A stretch of 57,307 nucleotides of DNA from Ilumatobacteraceae bacterium (GTDB lineage Bacteria; Actinomycetota; Acidimicrobiia; Acidimicrobiales; Ilumatobacteraceae), in the NCBI GenBank assembly GCA_041742555.1, contig JBGSII010000025.1, forward strand, positions 1 to 57,307, in the 5' to 3' direction. A program made the translations under genes and the position numbers. Of the stretch, positions 17,860 through 28,100 are shown piece after piece. The stretch's first letter is position 1. Every line of letters begins with the position of its first letter. The notes beneath the pieces were generated by a model. It saw nothing but the letters and a program-made list of their open reading frames with translations, did no database searches and was not told the DNA's origin.

Positions 17860-18843
17860 TCAGCCGAGTACCGACCGCACGGCGTCGATCACCCGATCGT
17901 GGAAGCGACCGTCGGTCGCGACCACGCCGCTGTTCGCCAGCAGCTTCGCTCCATGTGAGAAGTCGAGCGGGGCACCGGTGACATCGGTGACCACACCGCC
18001 CGCCTGCTCGACGACGAACTTGCCCGCCGCATGGTCCCAGATCTTCTCTCGGTAGTCGGCGCGTGTCGGCAGCCGCAGGTAGATCGATGCATCGCCTCGG
18101 GCAACAGCGGCGTACTTGCACTGACTGTCGATGCGGTACGGCTCGGCCGTGATGCCGAGCAGCGCGGCGATCTGGGCCGAGTCGTCCTGGTTCGAGTGCC
18201 CGGACTCGACCGACTCACAGAACCGCGCTTCGGCCAGGCTCGCCGGAGCGGCGACCCGCACCGGTTGCGCCGTGGCGGACGATCCGTACCAGGCCAGGCA
18301 CGAGCCGTCGACAGCAGCGAAGATCGCTCCGACCGAGCCATCGGGATTCGGGAGATTCGGACAGCCGAGCACCCCCAGGATCACCTGGCCGCGTTCGATC
18401 AAACCCAGCGCGATCGCGTACTGGTCACCGCGCAGGAACCCCTTGGTCCCGTCGATTGGGTCGAGCGTCCAGTACCGCTCGGTCGCACCGTCGGACGAGC
18501 CAACCGAGATCCAGTCGAGCACAGCATCGGTCGACGCCGCGTCGCCGCGCTGCGATGCGACCAAGTCGACGACGGCGGCGAGCATCTCCGAGGTCTCGGG
18601 TGCTCGCAGATCCTCGGACTCCTCCTCGCCGATCATCTCGATCGAGCCGAGCGAGTCGGTCAGCTCCGCACACACCACCGCCTGCGCGGCGAAGTCGGCG
18701 ATCGTGACCGGACTGGCGTCTCCCTTCGTCAGCGTGTGCCCCGCGAGCAGGCGACCCTGTGCGGCGGCGCACACACGCGCCGCCGAGCGCACCGCCGCAA
18801 GCGCGGCATCGATCTCGCCGCGGTCCACTGCCACCTGGGTCAC
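17860..18843 (-). CDS. cysQ: 3'(2'),5'-bisphosphate nucleotidase (PAP phosphatase), HAL2/SAL1-type long form
   Basis: WTLDPIDGTKGFLRGDQYAIALGLIERGQVILGVLGCPNL, ESVESGHS, DSQCKYAAVARGDASIYLRLP and REKIWDHAAG..VEQAGG..TD..G.PLDF align block for block with yeast Hal2/plant SAL1 as I remember them. At 327 aa it is longer than E. coli CysQ. GTG start. Confidence 0.88.
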   Translation of the reverse strand: MTQVAVDRGEIDAALAAVRSAARVCAAAQGRLLAGHTLTKGDASPVTIADFAAQAVVCAELTDSLGSIEMIGEEESEDLRAPETSEMLAAVVDLVASQRGDAASTDAVLDWISVGSSDGATERYWTLDPIDGTKGFLRGDQYAIALGLIERGQVILGVLGCPNLPNPDGSVGAIFAAVDGSCLAWYGSSATAQPVRVAAPASLAEARFCESVESGHSNQDDSAQIAALLGITAEPYRIDSQCKYAAVARGDASIYLRLPTRADYREKIWDHAAGKFVVEQAGGVVTDVTGAPLDFSHGAKLLANSGVVATDGRFHDRVIDAVRSVLG

Positions 18844-18859
18844 GACAGCCCTACAGTCG

Positions 18860-20443
18860 TCACGATGCGCCGTGGCCGCGCAGGACGACGAAGATCGTGC
18901 GCAACACGATCTTCACATCGTGCAGCAGCGACCAGTTGTCGACGTAGTACAGATCCAGACGCTTGTACTCGTCGAAGGTCGTCTCCGACCGGCCCGACAC
19001 CTGCCACATCCCCGTGATACCGGGAAGGACCCGCAACCGTTCGTGCACGTCCTCATCCCACTCTGCCACCTCCCGCGGTAATGCCGGACGCGGCCCCACG
19101 ACGCTCATCTCACCACGCAGCACGTTCCAGAACTGCGGCAGTTCGTCGATCGAGAACTTGCGCAAGACTCGGCCCACCCGTGTCACACGCGGATCAGCGC
19201 TGATCTTGAACAACGGTCCATCCGACTCGTTCAAGTCGAGCAACTCATCCTTCATCGCGTCGGCGCCATCGCACATCGTGCGCAACTTGATGATGTCGAA
19301 GGGGGTTCCGCCCTCACCGATGCGGCGCTGGCGGAACAAGACTGAACCCTTCGACTCGAGCCGGATGGCGACAACGGCCACTGCGACGATCGGCGCAGTG
19401 ATCACGAGCGCAGCGATCGACACCGTGACGTCGAACACCCGCATCGCCGATCGCCGCCAACCCGTCCGGATCACCGGCTCGATGTAGAACAACGCCTGAC
19501 CATCGAGCTCCTGAGCCCGCAACCGATGCAAATCGATATCGCGCAAGCTCGTTCCCAACGTCACGTGCAAGCCGGCGTCGGTCAGGCGACGACTCAACGC
19601 ATTCACCATTTCACCCGTGGTCGACTGCAGCGAGATCAACACCCCTGTCGCTCCCAGCGAGCGCGCGATCAGTTCGATCTGGTCGGTCTCGCCGAGCAAC
19701 GGTAGCCCACAGTCCAGAAGAGGTGGCTCGTCGCCGATGAAGCCGAGCGCGCGATATCCAAGTTCCGGATGACTCTGCATCGTCCGAGCTACCGCGGCGG
19801 CGTACTCATCGGTGCCGACCACCAGAACCGGCCGCGACAAACGACCCTCGGTTCGCAGACGTCTGAACACGACACGGGCGATCGAGCGTTCGACGTACAG
19901 TGCCGCAAACGCACACGCCAGGAGCGCTGCGGTCCACCAACGCGACAGGTTGTCGACCTGGAACACGAATGCCAGAGCGACCACCCACGCGACGCCCACC
20001 AATGACACCACAGCGATGTGTTTGGCCTCGTCAGCCGCACGGAGGTTGGCGCGTGACACGTAGAGGTTGGCCGCGCGCGCCGACATCAGCCACAGAGGGA
20101 GCGATGCAACGAGGAGCAGCCATTCAGCGATGACGACCGACTGGGACTCCGGCCGGAAGACCGCCTGAATGGCCAGCGCGAACGCTGCCCCGAAGAGTAC
20201 GGCGAGCACATCCGCAAGCATCAAGGTTCGTTTCACCCTGATCGGGGGGATGGTTGCCGTCGCCGGCACGCTGACCAGTTGCTCGAATCCCGACGACTTG
20301 TGTCGCCGGCCGGCGTCGATCCGAGCATCGACGGGCGCGACGAGCTCGAGTCGCGGGGGCTCCGCTGCCCCACCAGTTAGTTGTCCGGCGCCGTGAAGCA
20401 CCATCGGCGACACCAGCTTTCGGGTTGAATTCCGCCTACCCAT
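18860..20443 (-). CDS. Polyprenyl-phosphate hexose-1-phosphate transferase (WbaP/EPS-initiating 'bacterial sugar transferase')
   Basis: N-terminal TM helices. C-terminal catalytic block RLESKGSVLFRQRRIGEGGTPFDIIKLRTM...DGPLFKISADPRVTRVGRVLRKFSIDELPQFWNVLRGEMSVVGPRP. ATG at 20443 is preceded by GGAG. Confidence 0.92.
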   Translation of the reverse strand: MGRRNSTRKLVSPMVLHGAGQLTGGAAEPPRLELVAPVDARIDAGRRHKSSGFEQLVSVPATATIPPIRVKRTLMLADVLAVLFGAAFALAIQAVFRPESQSVVIAEWLLLVASLPLWLMSARAANLYVSRANLRAADEAKHIAVVSLVGVAWVVALAFVFQVDNLSRWWTAALLACAFAALYVERSIARVVFRRLRTEGRLSRPVLVVGTDEYAAAVARTMQSHPELGYRALGFIGDEPPLLDCGLPLLGETDQIELIARSLGATGVLISLQSTTGEMVNALSRRLTDAGLHVTLGTSLRDIDLHRLRAQELDGQALFYIEPVIRTGWRRSAMRVFDVTVSIAALVITAPIVAVAVVAIRLESKGSVLFRQRRIGEGGTPFDIIKLRTMCDGADAMKDELLDLNESDGPLFKISADPRVTRVGRVLRKFSIDELPQFWNVLRGEMSVVGPRPALPREVAEWDEDVHERLRVLPGITGMWQVSGRSETTFDEYKRLDLYYVDNWSLLHDVKIVLRTIFVVLRGHGAS

Positions 20444-20652
20444 TCATCCGCTCCAAACGTCACCGGAAGACCTATCACAGCTTCACCACGGAGCGAAAGT
20501 GATTCCACCAAGCTTGCTTCAAGAGTTCATCTACCTCTGACATTCCAGTGACATATCGATGCGGATTCCCCACTCTGGGCGTTCGCACGTGTTCATCGCT
20601 TGCAGCGAACTTGAGGTTCGCCGGCCGCCAGGCGGACGCCTCGCAACCCGGC

Positions 20653-22068
20653 TCAATCGGTCGCAACCGTGGTGACCGGGGACTCCAGCCAGTCGTCTTC
20701 GCCGACGAAGGCGGAAGGGGGGCTCGGTGGCGTCGGACGCGGCAGGTCCACAGATCGGCGGCTCTGCGAACTACTCGGATAGGCATCTCGTCGGAGCCGA
20801 CGTCGCGGCACCCGATTGAAAACGATGCCCACCAGGACTCCACCCGCGGACGTGATGCGGTCGACCGAATCGGACAAGGATCCGAGATCGCTCGAGCGAT
20901 TGTTCACGACGAGAACGACGTGGCGCGCTTCGGCGACGACGAGCGGGGTCTCCGGGGCACCACGCAAGGGCGGGCTGTCGATCACGACGAACGACGACCG
21001 GCGTCGCAGGGTCGCCAGTACACCGGGAAGTGTCGTCGAGATCACGTCGGCGACGCGGCCGACCGGTATGCCCGCACAGAGCACCTCGAGACCCTGGTAG
21101 GGCGTCGACTGCAGCTCGATCTCGCTGCTCCCCGACGCAGCGATGTCGCCCAGACCGTATCCCGGCACTGCCATCAGTTGGTCGGCCAGCGTCGGATGAT
21201 GAAGATCTGCCTCGACCGCCACCACGGACCTGCCCACCCGAGCGAGCATGCACGCAACTCCAGCACAGATCGTACTCTTGCCGATCTGGCGGTGTTGCGA
21301 CACGAAGGCGACCCGATCGACGGAGCCGTCGCCGATCAGAAACTCCAGATTGGTGCGCAGCGCCTCGAAGGCTGACACCACATCGGTGGAACCCTTGCGC
21401 TCTTGGAGCAGTTTCGCCATCGGGATCTTTCGCTCCCGTCGCCGGAGCACGGGGATCTCGCCAAGCACCGTCGTCCCGAGGCGTTCGCGGACGGCACGGT
21501 TCGAGTCGAACGCGTTTCGTATCCGGTCGACGGCGAGCGCAGCGAACACGGCAGCGATGACGCCGAGCACGACTGCCGCAACCAGAATCGGTGGACGTCG
21601 CGGTTCGACTGGCTCACGGGGAAGCCGGGCCGGATCGAGTTGGACGAGCTCGACCAGTGGGTCATCCGCTCGCTCGGCGACGAGTTCAGCGGCCACTGCG
21701 TCAGCCCAGGACTGCGCCGCCTCGGGTGACGGTGATGTCGCCCGAATCCGGAGGACGCTCGTATCGGCCAGCGCCTCGATTCGCGCCGGGCGGGCGCGCA
21801 ACTCCTCCGGGACTCGTTCCGCTGCCCGCTCGCGAAGTGTGCGGCTCTCCGCCCATTCGGAGAGCGCTGGAAGCTGAAAACTGATCTGTTGGATGCTGCC
21901 GCTTCCCTCGCTGACGCTCTTGAGGTTCAAGACGAGTGTGGCGTTCGTGCGGTACAGCTGCTCCGGTGCGTACGCCGCAACCACACCGATTCCCACGAAC
22001 CCGAGGAACACCGCGAGCATTACCCCGAGGTGTCGCCCCAGAATCAGTCTGATCTCGCGAAGCTCCAT
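20653..22068 (-). CDS. Polysaccharide co-polymerase (Wzz-like) fused to BY-kinase-type P-loop ATPase
   Basis: N-terminal TM plus Wzz-like periplasmic-type segment plus a second TM. Then Walker A IGKST, A' VVAVEADLHHP and B VVIDSPPL. The C-terminal tail has only one Tyr. Confidence 0.85.
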   Translation of the reverse strand: MELREIRLILGRHLGVMLAVFLGFVGIGVVAAYAPEQLYRTNATLVLNLKSVSEGSGSIQQISFQLPALSEWAESRTLRERAAERVPEELRARPARIEALADTSVLRIRATSPSPEAAQSWADAVAAELVAERADDPLVELVQLDPARLPREPVEPRRPPILVAAVVLGVIAAVFAALAVDRIRNAFDSNRAVRERLGTTVLGEIPVLRRRERKIPMAKLLQERKGSTDVVSAFEALRTNLEFLIGDGSVDRVAFVSQHRQIGKSTICAGVACMLARVGRSVVAVEADLHHPTLADQLMAVPGYGLGDIAASGSSEIELQSTPYQGLEVLCAGIPVGRVADVISTTLPGVLATLRRRSSFVVIDSPPLRGAPETPLVVAEARHVVLVVNNRSSDLGSLSDSVDRITSAGGVLVGIVFNRVPRRRLRRDAYPSSSQSRRSVDLPRPTPPSPPSAFVGEDDWLESPVTTVATD

Positions 22069-22182
22069 GCCATTCCGCCTTCGTTATCTGTGAGGTCGCA
22101 GGCCGAACGTCTCGTCAGTTCGGACATCGCGACTGACTGTTATCGATCAGACTACCATTGGACCGACGACCGGCCGGTGTCA

Positions 22183-25100
22183 TCACACGTCTCCGATGCG
22201 ACCATGGCGCTGGATCTCATCGACCGAGAGCGCCCGATCGTACACCGCCAGGAGATAAATCGTTCCCAGCCACGGCTTCGAACCACTTCGTTCAGCGCCG
22301 ATGTGCAAGCGAGGCCACTGCTCCCACGAACCAAGCGTCCCTCCCGCCGTTCCCGTCGCCACGGCAACGCCGTTCACGAAGAGCGTGGTCGTCCCGTTCA
22401 CCGCTCGCGTGAGCACGACATGTGCACGACTGGCGGTGACCTGGTTGGCCGCGGACAGCGGCGGCTCGCCACGAATGTTGGTGGCGGTACTACGAACGTA
22501 GGAATCGAGCACCGTTGCTTGCTGGACGAGGCCCACATGTCGAGAGGATCCGTTGATCGACAGGCCCATCACCATCGCCGACACCTGGGACACGTTGGCC
22601 GGTTCGAGCCACATCTCAACCGAAAACTGACCGGATCCTCGAATGGCGCTGTTCAGCTCGACGGCAGCCGCCGACTCTGCCACCGTCGGCGCATCGAACC
22701 GCAAGCCACTCGGGACCCTGACGGTCCGGCTCGTGTCTGCGATCACCATGTCAAGTGGTGTCGCGACGCCGGACTGATCGAGAACGAGACTGCCACTCGG
22801 CTCATTGAACGGATAGAAGGCGAGCAGTCCCTCGGTCGCCCGAGCCTCCGCGCTGATCTGATAGCCGAACGCGGCGACAGCGGACGGCTCGATCCCCGAA
22901 ACGAACACTCGCGCCTTGACGGTCGTCGTTTGACTCACGTCGAACGGCGCGGCGTAGACGGTCGATGTCGCCGTCGGGTCGGTCCCGTCGAGCGTGTAGC
23001 GGATTGTCGACGACACCACACTGGACGTGAGCGAGACCTCGACCGAACCGGGGTACGTTCCGGGGCTGGGCGACGCCGTCGGCGGCGGAAGTGCCCCCGC
23101 AGCAACCACCGTCACCGTCACGACGTCGCTCGACGAGCGCTCGCCGTCGTCGGCGGTCAACTGGAATCGGTAGATGCCGGCGGTCGACAGGGTGATGTTC
23201 GTCGCCGGGCTCGCAGGATTCACGATCGTCGCCGCAGCAGGACCGGCGATCTGGGTCCACGCAGTCACGAGTGCTCCCGGCGACGACGGCAACCCGTCGT
23301 CGGTGGCAGTGGCGGCCATTGTCACCGTCGCCCCCTCCAACACGGTGACGTCGGGACCAGCGTTGACCTGTGGGCGCTCGTTGTTCGATGGTGGCAGCAC
23401 GCCGGCTCGGTGATTCTGCGCGATCTCCAGCGCAGAAAGATCATCACGGTAGATCGCCACGTGGTACAGGTCGCCGTTCCACGGCGAGTTTCGTTGAATG
23501 GTGTTGCCCAGACCGAACGCAAAGCCGGGGCCCCATCCGGCGAGAGTCCCGGAACGCGTCGACGTCGAACGCAACTCGCCGTCGACGTAGACCTCGAGCG
23601 CTCCGGCCGGACGTCGCACCAGGACGACCTGCTGCAGGTCCTGACCGAAGACGCCGGGCGTCGAGAGGGTTGGTTGCCCCATGGCATTGGTCGACGACGT
23701 CCGTACATCGGTCCGGAAGATCTGTCCCGACTGCCGCACGGCCAGGTTCTGCTGATCCGGCGCGCTCGGGGCAAGGTGCAGCAACGTCTGATCGCCACCG
23801 CCGACCGACGCCGGGTCGACCCACATCTCGACGGTGAACGACCCGCTCGCCGCAAGTGCATCGTTCAACGGCCGGGCGCCGAGGCCCGTGCGAATCAACG
23901 ACGACCCGCCGAGACGTAGTGCCTGCTGTGCGGGCAACCACGTCGTCGTCGACCCGCTCTGCACGGTCAGGTCGAGCGCGGAGCCACCCGGAACGCTGTT
24001 GCGCACCGTGTTGCCGGATCCCTCGTCGAACTTGTACTCCGCCTGGAGGTTCGTTGTGACCCGCTGGAACTCGACGTCGAGGATCTCGTAGATACGTTCC
24101 GTCGTGTCGCTCGGATCGAACCCGCTCCGGAAGGCCTTGGCCTTCACGGTCATCGATGAATCGACGATGAGCGGGGTCGTGTACAAGCTGGACGTCGACG
24201 TCGGTTCCGAACCGTCGAGGGTGTACCTGATCTCGCCGCCGACGGAGCCTGACGACATCGAGACCGTCGTCAGGCCTTCGTAGGTGCCACTCGGCGGCGA
24301 CACGAGTGGCGTCACCGCCGACAGCTCACGAACCTGTACATCACCGAACGTCGCATCGACGTGATGCGCCACCAACGCGAGCGACCCCTGATCGGGCGCG
24401 CCCACAGCAAGCGTGGTCTCGATGTCCCACTCGAACGGTTCGGCCGTCCCCTGCTCCCAGACCTTGAGCCGGTAGGACGGCCCTGTGGTAGCGGTCCCCT
24501 CCTGAACCTGCATCTTGTAGATGTACTCGGTGCCCCGACGCAGTTGTCTCCCCGTGAGGTCCTCGGCGACGAGTTGCGCCTTGCTGTCACGGATCTCGAA
24601 CCGCTCGGCGTTGGTGTCGTTGCGGTACCGGTACCAGACCAACGCACCGAGACGATCTTGGAATCCGAACTTCGGCTGCACCGTGCTGGTGGGCGAATGA
24701 CCCAACCAGTGCGGGATGAAGCCGATGCCTGGCCCGCTGCTCGGGAATTGGTAGCCGGCCGGGTCGAAACTGTTGATCGTGATCGGCACCTCGACCTCGA
24801 ACGACCCCCACCCGCCGTCGCCGACGGCGATCAACCGGTCGTAGCCGATCTCGTCGATGTGGAGACGGCCGCCGTCGAGGGTCCACCGACCGTCGATCGG
24901 CTGCGCCACGTCGTGAGTGTCCGACACACCCTGCCAATCGACGCCATAGCGCTTGGGCCAGACCTTCCCCGGGGTGTAGTTCACCGGGATGTCGATCGAG
25001 GAGACATTGAACGCACCGTCGATCGCACGAATGGTCACTGTGTTCGCGCCGGGTGACAGCTTCGATGCATCGATGTCGGCGTTGAAGTCACCGTCGTTCG

Positions 25101-28100
25101 CCAGGCGGCGGGTACAGCTGATCCCGACGTCGCATGTCGTCGAACCCAAACCCATCCGGACGGGCTGGCCACCGTTCACCTGATACGTGATCGATTGCAC
25201 TCCGTCGGGATCCGCAACGCGGCCCTGCACGTTCACGTCGGGCTGGGCGAGTCCGACCGACCCGAACTCGAGCGGTGTTCCGCTCCATGCCTGACCGTCG
25301 CCGCCGAACACCGTGAAGAGCGGTCCACCGCTGGTGCCGGGATTGGTGATCTCGATGGGGTCGCTCTGCGACCAGAAGTAATCGACAAACGCGGTGTGCG
25401 CCGGGATCTCGGACGCCTGTGGGTTCGAGTTGCCGACGAGCGGCCCCATCCGGGTGACGGCGATGTCGATCGAGCCGGCGTAGATCTGCTGCCACGTCGC
25501 ACCGTCATCGGACGAGTACTCGAACACCCAGTTGTCGCCGGTCCGCGCGACGCGCAGGCTTCCCGGCACGGCGCCCGGGACGACGACGTTGGCAAGCGTC
25601 TGCAACCTGGTCGGCGTCAAATGGCCGACGAACGCCCGGGTGACAGATCCGTCGCTGAAGAGGTCGAATCGCACCAGGGTCTTGTCGCTCTGCTCGAACA
25701 CCACCCCTTGGATCTGCGACGCGAACGTGACGACCGATTCGAATCCGGCCTGCACGACGAAGTCGTTGTCGGCGACCGGCTGAAGCAGGCGCAGCGCCGA
25801 TTGGTTGGCCGTCGACAAGTCATGTCGCTGTTGCCCGATCACGCTCATCGAGACCATTCCGGGCAGGGCCGTGACGGTGCTCGTACCCCGGGGATCGACC
25901 ACGTACCAACGATCATCGAGTTCGGCGAGATCGAAGTTGTCGGAAAATGCACCACCAGGGCACGGCGGGGTCGTGAACCCCGACGGAGTCGACCTCGCCG
26001 TGTTGCCCACGGCGTCGGTCGACTGCACCTCGTAGAAGTACTGCGACCCACAGCTGAGCGGGCCCACGACGGCGCTGTGCGAGAACGAGGCGATGTTGTC
26101 GATCACGGGAGTCAGCTCGAGCGCCGCAGTCGTACCCCAGTTCACCCGGGTGGTCGCCGGTTCGTCGGTCGTCCAACCGACCGTTGCCTGAGCCGACGAC
26201 GGAGCCCCGACCTGCACCTCGACCTCGGCCAGCGTCGGCGGCCGAGTATCGGGCCCGAGACCGCCGTCGTCGGCCGCGATCGGACTGTCGACGTTGTAGA
26301 AGTAGTCGATCGACCCGATGAACCCCGGGGGCGACGCAGTTCCGGTCGCCGTGTTGCCGATGTATGGGCCGACATACGTTGACGCGACCGAGGCATCGAA
26401 CGTCACGATCGGTGACCAGATCACCGCGTCGACCGAGTGCCACATCGTCCAATTGTCGCCGGAGCGCTGCACTCGCAGGTAGTGCTCCGCTGACGCCGGC
26501 AGGTCGCCATAGTGGCGCACTGCGGCGACGCCCGCGATGACGCTTGCGACATAGGCCTTCACGGCGGCACCGTCATGGTGCACCTCGAAACGCAGGAACG
26601 TGTCGTCGCTTTCCTCGACGACGATGCCCTGCATCTGAAAACGCGTGGTGAGGACCGACTCGAACTTGGCCTCGACGCCGAAATTCCCGAGTGGACCGGC
26701 TTGACGGAGCCTCAGCGCCCGGTTTGCACCCGCGAAGAGATTGTGGTCGCTGCCGGCCGGAAGCGACACGAGGGTGTTGGTGTCGGTGACGGTCACCACG
26801 GCGTCGCCGACAGGATCGACCACGTTCCAGTGGGACCCGAGCTGACCGGAGCTGAAATCGTCCGAGACGATCGGTGTGCAGGGTTCGGTGACGAACTCGA
26901 CCATCTGCCCCACCGTGGTACCGGCCGCGGTACTCGACTCTGGGCGCACGTAGTGGCGCTGGCCGCACGCCAGGAAACCGATCGAGATGGAGTGCGCGGT
27001 CGCCGCGGTGGCTCCTGCGGTCGTCGACACGAGCTCGACGGTCGGCCCGTGCCGGAGCACACCCGAGGCCGGCTCGTTGGTCTGCCACGTGACGGTCGCG
27101 TCACGCGCCGAGGCGTCGACGACGACGCCGCTGATCGTCGGACCCGGGTTCGGCGGAATCGGTGACGTCGCACTGTCAAAATAGTCCACCCGGGCCGTGA
27201 ACGCAGGCGCGCTGCCCGACGCGAAGGTGGTTGCGTACAAGCCGACCTGGCGCAGTTCGAGGGGGATGGTGAACGATCCAGCCGGGAACCACGAGGAACC
27301 GTTCCACGAACGCTGGAACGTCCAACTGTCGCCCGATCTCACCGTGCGGAGATATCGCTGGGGGACACCACCCAGACTCTTGCGGAAGACCCTGCGGGCG
27401 GTGCCGTCCTCCATGCGATAGACGTCGACGTTCACCTTGCTGTTTGCGTAGGTGATGGCCGAGCGGACCCAGTTCCGTTCGTCCTGCCAGAACAACATGC
27501 CCTGGCCCTGGCCTTGCTGATCCGGCACCGACGTGAAGCCCACGGCCACGTCGAAATCGGTGTCCGCGACGTCCTGGACGACGCGCGGAGCGGTGTCCCG
27601 ACCCGTCCACAGGTCACGGATCGGGCCGTCTGGCATGGCGATGTCGAGCGTCGTGCCCGACATGGCGAACGTAGCGCCACCAACCGGATCCTCTGTGCGC
27701 CAAACTGCATTCAGGCTTGGACTATTGAAGTCATCGCTCGCCGGGCCGACACCGGAGCTGCCGTTGAACGAACTCGATCCCACCGTCACGATCGGCGCTC
27801 GGTACGCACCGAGAATGTCGGCCCGGGCAGTGGTTGGGTCGACGGTGCCGAGCAGGCCGGCCGAGAACGTCTGCGGCGAGCCTCCGGTCTGCCGCGGAAG
27901 GTATGGGAAGTTGAGGCTCGATCCGCCACGACCCAAACCGAGCACCGTCATCCGACCGTCCAGCTGCCGGTAGGAGTCGACTGAGCCATCATCTTCGTGC
28001 TGGGCGAGGAAGAAGCTCGCGCCGACGGCGGGATCGGCCGCGTACATCCACTCCTCGCCCGGCAGGTCGAGCTCGAAGGTGCCATCGGATGGCACCTGGA

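Noticed and set aside
20581-20621. Alternative hairpins gttcgc / gcgaac / gttcgc downstream of the Wzz/BY-kinase gene as an attenuator
   Set aside because: The arms are only 6 nt, with no extended pairing or leader peptide, so they could easily arise by chance.
22103-22123. ccgaac-N9-gttcgg hairpin after the stop of giant gene 2 as a terminator
   Set aside because: It has a 6-bp stem, a large loop and no U-tract. Downstream genes look co-oriented and probably co-transcribed.
21889-23919. 676-aa + ORF, plus 25195-26382, 27997-29139 and 29209-30993 on the + strand
   Set aside because: They are antisense to the 2,783-aa minus-strand gene whose translation shows recognisable Ig/LamG/FN3 modules. 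Their Arg/Gly/His-rich sequence has no motifs.
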